Shown: positions 37,513 through 51,479 of the stretch, piece after piece
Numbering within the stretch: the first letter of the stretch is position 1
Layout: every line of letters begins with the position of its first letter
From: Tubiluchus corallicola
Taxonomy: Eukaryota; Animalia; Priapulida
DNA: 64,000 bases
NCBI GenBank assembly: GCA_030141605.1
Contig: JAQGDQ010000051.1
Location: 558,001 to 622,000, forward strand
Direction: 5' to 3'
Translations under genes and position numbers: made by a program
The notes under the pieces: model-generated
Database searches by the model: none
The model's input: only the letters and a program-made list of their open reading frames with translations
Told to the model about the DNA's origin: nothing

Positions 37513-40500
37513 GTGAGTATTTAAAATATCGACATCATTGATCCCAATTCGAAAAATCAATTTATTTTTAATAGGCATATCTAAAAAATCGGGACATAAA
37601 GAACTAATTTGTGCAAACATATTCTGTCTATTATGTTCATACTTACAGCAGACAAGCATCATGTGTAATTCATCTTCGGCTTCATTACTATTACATCGTT
37701 TACAAATTCTTTCTTTTATCGGTAACTTATATGGTTTATGAAGCCTCCCTGTTTCAACGCCTAGACTATGGGCAGTGATTCGTTACTTATAAAAAGTTTG
37801 GAGTTTCGGAGGTCAACGTATTAGTGAGCAAATAACTTTCCATAACATTGTTGTTTTTATTTCGCAATTATCTATTGATATCATCTCTTAATTTGACCAA
37901 ATACATACTTTGAAGTACTAATTTAAGTTTTTGCGATAATTTTTCCTTGCTTACGTTGTTCCTCTTCTGGTTATCCCAAATCAATGAATATAGTAAAAGT
38001 CACACAATTCAATACTATAAATGCAAGGTAAAACAAATTTATTCGTACAATAAATACAATTCATATTAAACATACTGTCGTTGCAGGCGGCAAGAGTTCA
38101 GAAAAATATACAATATCATACAATGTTTGCTAGAAACTTTAGGTCAAGTTTCACTTAATGTTGATTTGCCGATGTTGATGGATATTGTTGATGGAGCAGC
38201 AAGTTAAAGGCTGCTCCATCATTCCATTCTGGTTTCCGTTCTGCTTGTTTGGTGGCAGAGCTTGCATATAATTGCCCGTATATATGAGTTTTCTTATTTC
38301 CCTTCATTTCCTGTACACGCTTTGTTAATCCAAGTTTGACAACTAAGACTTTTGCAAATGACCTCCAACCACATAGCAAATTAACTTTGTTTTTGTAACG
38401 TTCACTGATATGCGGTTTAATGCACTCTAGTGCTATACACTTAATCGAATAAAAGCTACAGTCTTTTTAAATTTACCATAGTTTACAATACTTAATCATC
38501 AGCATACAAAACTTTGTATGAAGTGATAAGAACAAACAATGATTTTGAACACCACCACTAATTTTGCAAATCATCAACACAGAAATCGAGCACAAGAGCA
38601 AAAAGCATAAAAATCGCCAAAAGCCATTTGGCTTGTGCCAACTTCTACCGCAATTTTGTGTTTTCTTCCTATAGATGGCAGCAATGTGGAAAATACGACT
38701 TTAACAAGACTTTTGCCGCAGTGTCGCTGAACTTCTTTAATCTTATTCGATTCAGGTGCTCTGCATGCTACCAATACAAAGTTCCATTGTGTGACTCGGA
38801 GCTTCTCTGATATCCTGATAACTTTCTACACAACATATTCATCCTGCATGCAGAGTTTGTTTATGAAAGTGGCATAATCTGGCGAGAATATAATTTATTC
38901 TAAACCAATTATGGTTTCAGTATTAGCAAGGCAATAATTTTTCCAATATTCTCAAAAGTGAGTGTATATTGTCTTTGTTGATCAACAAAATATAATGAGC
39001 TAATGAGTATTTTAATATTATATTATATTTTAATTAAAATTATTCGATATAATTAATGAGAATGAACAAATGAATATTAAATATTCCATAAAATTAAAAA
39101 ATACAACTGGGTTAATTAATGAAAATAAATATTCCGTTTAATGTCTGTAAGTATTAAATTAAACGAGAATCAAATGTGTTTTACTTAACAAAGAGTTTTG
39201 ATGAAATCAACTGGGAAACTGAAATCACTTGATGCATGCCAAATTAAGGAAAACACATTCCTGTAAATACGTCAAAGATTGATATTTGTGCTAATTTTAC
39301 TTGAATGGTTGACGAGTTTTGGGTCGTTAGTTTCCATATTTGGCAGGCTGCCCAGTAACTCGGGATTTATTTTTTTAGTGAAACAAAAGTCAGTAGTTCA
39401 TGTAAAGACGGCACAAACATGAAAACATATGTTCACCATACACACTGCCATTATATCGTTTTTCCTGGTCTTGTTCCAGAATTTAATCCTCCAAACGAAG
39501 ATGTTACAAGAACATTTGGTTCGAAATCGCGTTTTGCTTACGATTATATCACGATTATAATTCAGCAATTTTTTGACTATGGGTTAAAACTAAACTTTAA
39601 TTTTTCTTATAAATACGTCTTATGTCAGCTAGGGCTAGAAATTTGCATGATTAATGTGTAATTATTAGACTGAAGAGAAAAATTTTATGATTCAATGTAG
39701 AACTGAGCTCACTATTCTGACTGTCTGTCAAGACAGTAAAGCCATAAATTTGCCTTCGCTGGGTATTAGAGGTAGGTTAAAAAACGAAAAAATTAAAAGG
39801 TTTAAATATTAGATAAAAAAATCCAAACTTCCAAACTTTAGATAAGAAGATTTTAGCGGTGACACTGGGTGTGCGATACACGGTTCAAAGGTCAGTTCCA
39901 GCTGAAAAATTGTAAGGAGCAAAATCATGATTGAATACCTAGAAGGGATAGTTTAAAGTCAAACGCCCCTTACTGTTGCAGTTCATAGACGGTAAGAACT
40001 TTGATCAACAAACGTGGGTAACTTATCGTGCCAAAAGGGAGACAGACTCTAGCGGGATTGTGGAATAGTCGTTGAATGAATAAAAGTACAAAAACGGAGG
40101 TCAGAAACCGAACTGAGCTGAGGACTAACAAATCAGAAACTGCAAAGTAATGCAGACAGGGACAGATTAAATGTTGCAGCGGCGAGCGGGTGGTTTGAGT
40201 GTAAGAAATCCGAAAATCTTTAAAAATCCCAAACATAAAAAATAAATAAAAATGATGTATTATAACAATGTATTATAGTATTGATAACAATGTATTATTA
40301 CTTTTATTACCTGCATTTTAATACATTAATTTTATTGTCGGTGAAAACTAGCACACGTGCTAATGTTTGCTGTCGTAAAACCGACTTTAAATAAAGTTTA
40401 TATATGTGCGAGTATGGTATCATCCAAAATCACCGTATACAGCAAGTTTGACTCATCGAGGAACTCAATGAACTCGAGATGATAAATGAAAAATCTGACT

Positions 40501-40829
40501 GTCAATACATGTGAAATTTGTTCAAGTACATTCGTATGCAAATCTCTTTCGAAATGGGGTTAGGGTTTTTTCGAAAATATCGTCATCGTAGCCATCTTGA
40601 ATTTAAAATGGTAGATGATTTATGATTCAAAAGACTTTAACTGGGAACTTAGGGCATATCAAAATTGCTTCCAGTAAGGCCTTGCATCTTCAAAGGCCGC
40701 CCCTGGACAGACCGAAAATCAGACACCGTCAGTGGATAAAGAATTCGTTTTAGTGTAATGTTGTAAAGTTCGTGACGAATCGTGGTTAATTGAGGTAGAA
40801 TTGTCAAGCTCTTTTATCCCAAACTATAG

Positions 40830-40878
40830 TAACAACAACCGCAGCAGCAGCAGCAGCAACAGCAACAACAACAACAAC
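40830..40878. repeat. (CAG/CAA)n microsatellite
   Basis: Direct observation. Confidence 0.85.
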
Positions 40879-42664
40879 ATCCAGATCAATCAGTGATATA
40901 GATTGAGTCTCGACCAAAAATACTCTGTTACAGAAACGTATTTAAATTCGCATCTGTATATAAAGCATGTATTGAGATTTTGTACTAGACTATGTTCAAA
41001 TTCCTGATGTAGTTATGGGTTTCAACACCCCGCAGTATTAAAAATTGGTAATCCTAGACCTTATCATTACCATTTGCCATGAGGGAAAAGTCGTTTTTTT
41101 ACATTTTGCCACAAATCGCAAAATGGCAGATTGCTGAATCGAATTTCGTTACTTGTCATTTTACAATTTGATCCTCCCGACTCGAGCTTCAGGGACGAAA
41201 TTTGGGAACTTTAAACTTTTTGAATTTACAACTATGGAGAGGAAGTCCTGTTTTGAAAAGATTCGAAACTATAAAACTAACGACAAGGCAGAAGAAAATA
41301 AAAACTGAGTAACTACGTATGAGTTCGTGAGCGAATAATTAGACGTATGCGCCATCGTATCACATGCACTTATGAGTGAATAAATAATACGAGATTTTGA
41401 AGACCTAAAGCGAAGATCTAGTTTAACGTATTCTGATTCTCTCTGGTTCAGTGTGGTTCTGCCTCTCGTGATTGTATGACTTTATCAGCCCCGTCTGTAG
41501 TAAATAAACGTACATTCCTGTAAAGTGATCTGTTTCTTACAGGCGCCCTGGTTCCATTTAGTGAAGCTGAAAAAACAAGCAGTAGTGTTTAGCATTTGGA
41601 TTGCTGTAAGCTGGAGATTTGCTGCTATCCATCATTTATGGTGCAATAGAAAAAATATTAACCAACAATTTATCCCAGCCATATGGTGCCTATCAAGTAA
41701 CAGTCTAGCGTACGCCAATGCGGCTCTCTAGAGGATCAAGCAACACAAAAATGTGTGTGGCTAGTGCAGTGAACATAGGATAATGGCCTATCTTACAAAT
41801 ACCAAAGACAAAGACAATATTTATTTACGTCGCTGGTACCATCAAATGTACAATTAAATATACTATACTATCCTATAAATATACTATTAAACTACAGCAC
41901 TAAAGTACAAAAACTGTACAACTGTTTTTATAAGTCAGGTAGCCTTAATTTTTCACTTTAATCTATTTGTAGGTATCGCAAAGCTTGTTACTACATTAAA
42001 CTTTTATTGCTACATCTATTAATGTTCCTTAGGCTCCTTCGTATCAGTTCGTAAACTCGGACCATTGTTCGTAGTACTTGTCTTCTCTTGCTTATAGACA
42101 TACTAAGACGGCCCTAATGCAGAACAGTGGCTTACAAACCAAGTTATTTCCTTCGAGCTTTTTATCTGTAAAATTCTTTACCTGGAAATTACTTCCATGA
42201 AAACCGCAACTCACCCGATTCGTAAAGAGCATATACCTTCTACCCCTAGCCAGGGCTGGGTTACTTTACAGACTAGTACAGGCTTCAGCCTAGGGCCCCT
42301 CAAAGCTTGGGGTCCAATACTTTGCATTGCTAACTTTAAAAATGGAAGCAAGGTTTGTTTTTTGAACATGTATTAATTCCTATGTTCAACTTTCTATTCT
42401 AACCCCTTAATAGTCACCTAAGAAGCCATTGATTTTTTTTGTATAAAAAAACTGTGCTGTGATTTCACCATAAATTATATATATATTTATTTCATTTCAC
42501 CACTAACAGTGTATATATGTAGATATTATATATACAAATATAAAAAGTAATAGAACGCTATAAACAGTACCTAGACAGCTACAGCACAAGTATCCATGCA
42601 GCAAAAAACATTACAGAATTACATAATCAAAATTAAGGATCCATATACTTAATATTGTTTATAT

Positions 42665-42979
42665 TGTAACGTCGAGCGGATTGTGCTTATTCTCTCCTCC
42701 ACAGCAAGGTAGTGAAGAAAACGTAAAAAAGCAGTAGTAAAAGTGAAATAATAGAGTAACTCGCCAGATATCCAATCCATTGTGCTCCATGCTGGTTGTC
42801 ATTACGGAGCAGGTGCTGAGGTGGAAAACGCCCGTCAGCCCACTGAACCGATGAGGCCATTCCATAGCGACGGTTTTATACCTGGTATTCAACACCACTA
42901 TGCAATGGCTTCATATGGACGAGACCACCACAATATAGAGAGATGGGTCGAAAATAAATGGCATTTCGCCCCCGTAGCA
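42665..42979 (-). mobile_element. Solo LTR of family B, 315 bp
   Basis: TGTAACG..CGTAGCA with an ATAT TSD on both sides; collinear with 29834-30118. Confidence 0.88.
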
Positions 42980-43054
42980 ATATCGTTACATTTTTTTTGT
43001 TTTTGTGTGAATATATGTACTGAACTTGTACGAATAAATATTTTATTAATATTA

Positions 43055-43078
43055 ATAACAGTAACAATAATAATAGTA

Positions 43079-43145
<67 letters not shown>

Positions 43146-43200
43146 CGATGATAATAATAATAGTAATTATACAGCAGTAATAATAATAATAATAATAATA
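43055..43200. repeat. Compound (GAT)n/(TAA)n microsatellite
   Basis: About 22 GAT units and flanking TAA runs. Confidence 0.95.
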
Positions 43201-43944
43201 GAGCGAAAACATCACAAAATGAGCATAATCAAAACTAAGTATCCATATTGATTCAAAAGAGTTAGTACATGTTGTTGTTGTCAGCGATTTATATATGGCC
43301 AACTGCATGTGCATTTGCAGTAGACTTGCAGCAAAATACATATCCCCCTGCCCAAACTATGCTTTCACCTATTGTATGATTGTTCACTTATGTCTAACAT
43401 AAAAAAAAAAACTCACCATTATTAGATTACTACTGGCTTTGCTACAAGTCACTTTATTCAATTCAGTTCAGTTCATACAGCAACAAACAAAAGCTTTAAA
43501 GGAAAGCACAATGATCTTCCACATTCTACCGCATTTTGAAATACGGTAAAAAAGTATACATCTTGCTTTGATATTCGACATTCAATATTGAACGTAGAAA
43601 CAGTAATGAAAATGATTTGATATTCGACATTCGCCTTATTAAAGGAAACTTTCCAGCACCTCTACTCACTTCGATTCTAGTTTATTTACGCTGCCCAATT
43701 CAACCAAAGGGATTTAAAAATAAATAGGAACTAAGATCAAAACAATAGAAAAGGATTAAAACAGTTGTGTTTTGAAAAAGTCTTACACAGCCAATAAAAT
43801 GGCTTAAGATCCTCAGTAAAGATTTATATTGTTGTTTAGTTGTTTGTCTGCGTATTAGTGTGGTTGCCTGTATAAGTGCTGGTGTAATCAGTGAAAAGTT
43901 TACAAACTTCAGCGAGAATGTATATTAGCTCGTTATCTATTTAC

Positions 43945-43987
<43 letters not shown>
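43945..43987. repeat. (CTAT)n microsatellite
   Basis: Direct observation. Confidence 0.95.
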
Positions 43988-46900
43988 AAATTTTCACAAG
44001 TTCTGACACGGTTAAGTAAGTCAATACATATTTGAGTAGCCACATATTTGAACAGTAGTTTCATTTCTTCCTATCCTAAATTGATATGAAATAATTAAAT
44101 TTTAACTGATAGAAAAGCTTTACCTTCCAAATAGAACACATTTTTCTGGTGTTGCAAAAATTACCAAGCCGCAGGACCTCCGCTCTTTCATCCAAAATAT
44201 AATGAGGCATTATCACCGGCCAAAGCTCTTATAAACTAAAAAACAAGTTTCACTGCTGGTGAAAAACTACAGGAATATAGTGTCCTTAACATAAAAACAA
44301 GAAAATGTCAAAAGAAGAACTGCATTCAGAAAATGTTGAAATTTATTATTACTTTAAACGTTCAAGTGAAAAGACTGAAGTTATAAACTGAAAGGGGCAA
44401 AATATCGGAAAAATGTCGAGAGCAACGTGTCAGAAAATATTGTTATTATATAACAAAATAAAATAGCTACAAGGACAAGGCAGTCTGGTAATCTTATATT
44501 AGAAGAATGTGCTTTATAATTATAAGAAGATAGGTTTTTGCCTAAAACCGTCTATATTACTAATTGCTTTTGAGTGCAAAATCCCAGCTTTGTAGAATAC
44601 CGATATATATTCTAAAATACGTTAAAAATATCATATTAAATTTTATTCTGTTAAAAAAATCGCTTCTCTTCCTTGTGCGTGTAAATCCGTCGTATACGGT
44701 TTCTGTACCATTAAGATGATGGCGCGCTGTCATTGAAAACAAGATCAAATGGCAAAAGTTGTCTAACTAAGACTCACTTTTACAAGCACGTCATGGTCAT
44801 ACACAGTAATTAAAATAGCACGACTAATCTGCTACCATAAACTTACTCAAGCATTGACTGTGAAAAGGTCGTTTCTGCTACAGTCCATTACACTATTACT
44901 TCAATTACATAACTAATATTTTGCTCTCTAACCTGTGGCGTTGCTGTAGAAGGACATGTCAAAAAGTTCATCTTTCATTCAATGTGTACCTTCTGAGTGA
45001 AACTTTGTTTGAAAAACAATTTAAAAAAAACAAGGGCCTACAAACTCCTACACAGTGGCAACGATAAGTACAATTTTTGAACACCTTTTATGCGCCATAG
45101 CCATTTAAAATTTAGGCGCAGTTATATATGAAGTTTAAAATTTTCAAAATGTACACACACTTTAAATTTTAACACAGCTGAATTTCGTCGAACATAATTT
45201 CGTTTAAGAAATAAACAATGTGCAATCTTCTACAAGAAACAAAATATTTAAGCTTTAGTGAATAAAGGTCACTTGACGATAGTTTATCGAATTGTTTTGA
45301 TTTTGCATGACATAAACAGGGCTAATATTTCTTGCTAAAACGGCATAAAAACTAAATGATCTTTACAGTATGTTTCGTCTATCATCTCGTCTCGTACTTT
45401 TGATCTTACCCATCTCGTTCCATCCTATCCAGCCCATCCCGCCCTGCCTCAATGTCACACGTCTCGCCTTATGGTATAACGACAGTAAGAACCTGTGGTT
45501 GTAATAAGAAACAAGAAGCGATTTCTGGACCCCATCGCCGGGATCCAGCACATGATATCTTCAAGACTTGAGACAATTCAAACTTACGGCGTTTATAAGT
45601 GTATGAGTTTGACTTATGTATAATCGTTTTCTCACAGTCGTTTGATAAGATGCCACAAATGCTAAATCCCAGGAATCTATATAGGGTATGCAATTTTTCG
45701 TTTGCAAAATCGTATTTTTATATAAGGTTGGCGGTAAACTTTGGAACAGTCATTAAAGGGTTTGTTCTATAAAAAACGCCTCGTAACCGTGCACAAATGT
45801 GCCTAAAAACATTAACACTAGAGCAAGCAATTTCTAAACACAAAATTATATTTTACTAATTTTGTAGAGAAAATACAATTGTCTCGGGTCTTGGAGATAC
45901 ATGTGAGGCATGTATGCGAGAACACGTATTCTGGTGGGCACTGTCATGATGTATATAACAGTGATGTGTATGACAGAAATGTGTCTTCAACGTTAATTGA
46001 AACAACATGAAATCAGTACCAATTCATTGAAAGCTTTAGTACTAGGTGCAGCTTATAAAAAATATCATTTTGCCGTACTAGCCTATCATTTAATGGTATT
46101 TATCCATAAAAGTTGTGTTGATGAATATTACGTTCTTGCTAGACAAATAAAAGTTTGATCTATATAATTAGCTGGCTCTATATTAAGTTGTTTAACGCTT
46201 TTCTTTTGGTGTTACTGCTGGGAACGACCTATAGGCCTGTAGAGGATAGGTAGTAAAGGCAAATTTTGCTCTGCTTACTTACGCTACTTGTTCAGCCACG
46301 TTTCGTATTTATTCCGTGAAGCACCCCCTGTATAGAAGAATGTACTAAATATATCCTCTCGTCTCGGTTAACTGGTTGGGACGCGCGCATGATCCACTAG
46401 CATACTGAACTATACGATTACAAACAATCCCCGTGCTTGAGACACTGAAACAGTTCCACATCCCGGCTTTCGAAATTTTGTTAATAGTCGCGTTTTATTA
46501 CTAGTTACATTTGCATTTGAGTTATAGAAGTCAATGTGGAGATTTAGAGTTTTTATGAGATTTTGTGGGTAATTGTTGTGTTATCATGCTGAAACAGATC
46601 TGTAAAAAAAGTGAAAGTGATGTAATTCACTGAGCAAATCCAGTGTGGCTACAACAAACGTTTCGTTGACTTTGGCATATTCTCAATTGTGGTTCCTATT
46701 CAACTCAGGACTGATGCTGAGGGAAACTCTTAAAATGTCTCTAACAAACAGGATTAAAAGTGGCCCAGAAGAAGCGTCCAAATTAAGGAAGTATACGTGT
46801 CTCAAAAAGTCTCTTTTGAAAAGATATAGTAAGTATCAATGGAATCACCTTTTGACTATTGTACAAGACTACAGCTATAAGACTTTACGCATACAGGCGG

Positions 46901-47139
46901 TAGTAATGGCAGTATTAACAGTAGCAGGCAGTTTTCAGTCGCAAATTATTATGAGTCTACGGCAACTTACTCAGGTGTACATTATAACGTACTCACGTTA
47001 TATACCTACGTCTTGTGGCAGTAAGACTAGTCCTGAAGCTTTTTCCGAGTGTCAGCAACATAAGACTGACATTCTCTTTACTGGCAGAATAAAAAAGGCA
47101 CAGCTTTACCTTTTCGTCTCCTTTTTGTTTTCTTGTAAG

Positions 47140-47735
47140 GAGAGAAAGTGACCGCATAAGATGGAAAAGTAAGTGTGAAGGTGAAAAAAGTCACCGTGTT
47201 AAGGATAAGTGAGCATGTAGGTGGAAAAATAACCGTGTAGGAGGCATAAATGGCTGTGTAGGGGTTAGAAAGTGACCATGTTGGGGGATAAATGGCTGTA
47301 CTAGTGGATTAAAAGTGACCATGTAGGAGAAAAAGTGAACATGTAAGCAGGAGAAAGTGACCATGCAGGAAGGAAAGGTGACCGTGCAGGTTATAATAAT
47401 AACAATAACAATAATCTTTATTCAAAATCGGCTTGTGAATTAACAGTTAACATAAGCTCAGCGAGTTTTTTACCGACTGTAAATAACAAATTTACACGTA
47501 TATAACAGAGATTATTATTACCAGCTTTATCCTAAGTACCACACGCTAGGCAGGGCAACAGCAGGTACCATTTATAAGTCTTTGGTATGACCCAGCCGCA
47601 GTATCGAACTCACGATCTCACGGACGGAAAGCGGACATGTTACCACTAGATTGTACCCTCTGGTAAAAAATGATGATGTAAGAGGAAGAGTGACTAGATA
47701 GGTGGTAAAAAGCGACCATGTAGGCGTGACTATGC
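47140..47735. repeat. Degenerate ~21-23 bp minisatellite (g.gaaaagtgaccatgtag) interrupted by a SINE
   Basis: aaagtgaccatgt and its variants recur at 47145-47390 and resume at 47661-47725. Confidence 0.7.
47393..47660 (-). mobile_element. tRNA-derived SINE, probably with a Meta-type central domain
   Basis: Minus strand: A-box-like tctagtggt, B-box gagttcgatac, then gggtcataccaaagacttataaatggtacctgctgttgccctgcctagc, and an aataaag + (TTA/TTG)n tail. Confidence 0.7.
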
Positions 47736-48351
47736 AAGCAGGAAATATGGCAGCTTTTACTCGTCGAAGTCTGAAGTGCTAGCTTTTTTGCACAAAATGA
47801 GCAAGAAAAAGTCTCCATGTAGTGTAAATAGAAAGAATGAATTTGTCAAACGTTCGGTGTAGCAAATACGCATTTCTCATGTTCTCTACAAAACAAGTAG
47901 AACAACCATTATAACATTTACACTGGAAGCGGGGCATCTACTATGTTACTTTTGTGTTACTTATATTTCTGTACTTTAATTTACAACTCGTTTATTTTCT
48001 TTTATGGTGTCAATGTGAAACATTGCGATTGCCCTGCAAGCACATAGTACACTTAAAACTGACTGTGTAGTGTGTGTCCTTTATGGCTGTTATAGTTATC
48101 TTAAGCTCTGTAATAAGATCAGTTTTGTAGATTGTTACAGTATGTAACTGAGCCTTTATTTCAGAATTTTTAGCTTCTCGTCATTTCACGAAATGTCACT
48201 ACAGCAGGGTGAAATACGAGAAATCACAGCCAACAATCCCATCATGCCATCATTATTGTCATCCTGATCATTATTATCATTATTTTATTGTTATCGTTAT
48301 CATTGTGATTGCCATTATCATAATCATTATCATTATTGTTATTATTTGCAG

Positions 48352-48621
48352 TGGATGATCAACCTGTCATAGTTAAGCAAGAAAATGGCACAAAGGCTCA
48401 TCATCACATGACATCGCAGCATGTACCGACTGCTCAAGTGATCGCGGAGCATCACAAAAACTCAGGCAAACTGCTGCAAGACATACTAGAGCAAAAATCA
48501 GATTATCCAGATTATACAACGACTGCATTAAAACCACTAACTCCTTCACCGGAGTTCATCCATGAACGCCATGGTTATTATGATCCACCATTGATGCCTC
48601 CACTTATGCAAATAACAACTG
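48352..48621 (+). CDS. E74: E74/ELF-like exon 3
   Basis: Acceptor tttgcAG, 270 nt open frame in phase 1-1, donor CTG/GTAAGC. Confidence 0.82.
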
Positions 48622-50908
48622 GTAAGCACAATTGTGGATTCTAGTATTATTTTCGTGAACTCACATTACATTTTTAAAATACATTGACCTAAACTAGGGC
48701 ATGTCCAGTTTTGGGTTTCCATATGTCCAGTTTCCAGTTTTTAGGTTTTTTCGGTAGACCTATTAGTCTGGAATCTCCAAGCACTGGATTACTCACTTAT
48801 TGAGCTTTTGCTGCCTAATTGACTGGATATGTCATTTAAAACACCATTTACCCTCGTCGTGAATGTCATAATTGTATCATTATTCTAATTAATTATTTTA
48901 TTATTCACTGCAAGATTGCAAATTATATGATCAAGGCTGTTTTTATGTCAGTGTAAATAGTAACCTATCAGGTAAGTCGATTGTCGTCTTGGATGTTCTC
49001 AAGTAATCTGTCAGCTGTTTTCTTTCCTCTGGCATGCCAGTATAATAATTATAAAAATTCTTCTGTCAGCTAAGACTACACTTTTGCCATGACACCGCTG
49101 CATGATCTCAATTTGTTAATCGAATGCACTCAATAAGTGCTTATCCTTATTCTTTTTAACTAGCTTCAGAATATAAGCAGTTAAACCACCTAAAATCTCC
49201 TCATTTACTTCCATTTTTGCGCGTTCAAGTGTAGAGCGGGAAACAAACATTGCGTGATACATGACGCCGGATGCCGGATCAAATATGTCGCGGGCCCAAA
49301 GTTGGCCTCGTGGTTGTTGCCTGGCGAAAGACAGAAATCTCACAAGGGGCTAGAGTATATAGATCACAAGAATGAGAATGCCTATCCAGTATCTAGGCAG
49401 CTCCATATCGCTTCCATGTGCTGTAAGTCTATAGATCTGCGTTCTTATCTAGGACGGGTGCGTTATACAACTTCCTTATTACTCTGCGTCTTTTCTACTG
49501 TTTACAGTTGTCTGCCATGTGTACTACATCCGAGCAACGGTATTCACAACGTACATTCCATCCCTCTATTTTTGCCGTTATTGATACTGTGAATGGTTGC
49601 TACAAGCCAGACAAACGCACATTTACCCAACTAAAGTTACTGAAGGAATATTTTTGTTACATGCAAAAAAGCAAGCTACGGGAAATGTACAGTGACGAAA
49701 AAATCTTTTCGATTAGCTGGGCTGGGGGGCTGATTGGAATGTTTTCGATGATGCCTGGTTGTGCTGATTTGTGTCGCTGGATATGCCGCGTGTAGCATTT
49801 CAATGCTGCAATCAGCACTAAACAGTCCCTTAATAAAATTAAATTTCGGTTTTAGTAACTATCACGGTGACCAGCTGGTTTAACGCCCATGATGATGCTG
49901 GTTTAAATGTACGTTATGCCCATTGATGTTAAGCGTTTCTAACAACGAACTTTAGATATTCTTTAAATGTGCACAGAAAAAATTAATGAAATCTTCTAAA
50001 ATTCTCTATAAATAAAATTTTTAAAATCTACTAATTTACGAATTTGCTATGCGATTAAATATTAGACGTTTGGGCCCAGCAGACACTTCAGCTTATTTAA
50101 ATTTTTACTAGAACATTTGTAAATGACTAAATCGGTCACTTGAAAACATTCGTATATGCGTACTAGTTTTCATGTAGTATATATTTGAGACGTAAATCAA
50201 GGCTACTGTACAGCAACACAAATTTAATTCAAATAAAGACTGTGAAAATTAAAGAAAAATCCCACGATTAAAAACAAGGATAAAGCACAGCGTTTTAAAC
50301 TACCGCTGTAATTTAACTGCATGTGAAAGAAATAAGGAAAAATCATAAATTTCTAATACATGTACTAATCTTTTTGAGGGAACTAGCTAGTAAACATATC
50401 ACACTAAAATAGAACACGATTACATAGAACAACACAGAAGTATAAAATCACGGGCCAAAAAAGATGCAGTCACAATAGAAACAAAACAAAGGCATAGCAA
50501 AAAAAACGCAAGGAAAAAATACAGATGTATAAAAACACAGAGTATGTTTTCCCTTTGTCTTGCTTCCAGGAATTGGACAGTTGCGGCCTAAATCAGTACC
50601 GAATAGTGTGATAATGCGATTTTTCACCTACTGGGGGGGGGGGGTATAATGCTTTCTCTTTCTTATAGCTAGATGTCACCACATATTATGATACATACAA
50701 TATACTAATGTACTAACACTATTTACAATGTCAGTGTCGTCGTCTACTAAATAGTGTAACTGATTAACTATCATGCATTCACAAGCTAATATAATTAAGT
50801 TTTTTATGCATTTTATTGTCTTCTGCATTAAATTACTCGCTTGTAATGAGCTTCTGTGAAACGTTTTATAAGATAAAAATATGAATAACAAAATTATTTG
50901 TTTGATAG

Positions 50909-51001
50909 GATCGCTTCCTCCAAGTCCAGCTGACAGCGGCATTTCATCCTCAGACATGGATAGCACAGGCAGTGGAGATGAAGCTAGAACAAAATTGCAT
51001 G
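50909..51001 (+). CDS. E74: E74/ELF-like exon 4 (GSLPPSPADSGISSSDMDSTGSGDEARTKLH)
   Basis: Phase 1-1, AG/GT bounded; matches the LPPSPADSGVSD motif of arthropod E74 as I recall it. Confidence 0.9.
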
Positions 51002-51479
51002 GTAGGCAGAACTATCCTGTTTTGAGTTGCACTAAATTCGAGTATACCTTAGGGTAGTCATAAATTGCACTTAGGTTTTGGTATTTTATGTGTGTAATAC
51101 CTCCTGATGTATATCAAAATTCCTGTCCATGTTGCAGTGCTCACTATTTAGGCCACACTGACTGCCACAGGGATGCATCTACATTCATGCATAAGAGACC
51201 TTGCTAGAGCAGCCCTATAAGCCAAAGTGGTCAAACTGAAAACAATTTTCTAAAACACTTTGTATTGGTGGATAGTGTTGTTACTTACTCAGTTTTGATG
51301 TAACAATACTGGATAAGGCTCTCAGTAAAGGCTACAAAATGAGACACTCTAGTCCATTACCACAAATGCTTTCCATGTTGCAGTAGCATATTAATGAGAC
51401 ACTGTATTGCATCTACTATTGTAATCATGCTTTATGTGTTTAATTTTTTGCATTTTAGCTGTTTCTTCTTACTTATAAA

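Noticed and set aside
38155-38950. Cluster of short minus-strand ORFs, possibly a decayed transposase
   Set aside because: I could not recognise any motif; it needs BLASTX.
40830-40900. Possible poly-Gln exon of E74
   Set aside because: The Gln frame is bracketed by stops and has no usable splice sites.
41543-41606. AG..GT-bounded segment in intron 2
   Set aside because: It has a stop codon in the phase required to join exon 2.
42782-43341. ORFs with poly-Met and poly-Ile
   Set aside because: They derive from (GAT)n and a solo LTR.
46645-47151. Longest ORF in the window (168 aa)
   Set aside because: Non-ATG start, no recognisable domain, no convincing splice sites; it is intronic.
48967-48977. 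Strong donor CAG/GTAAGT in intron 3
   Set aside because: The nearest upstream acceptors give only tiny segments with no compatible open frame; no supportable exon.
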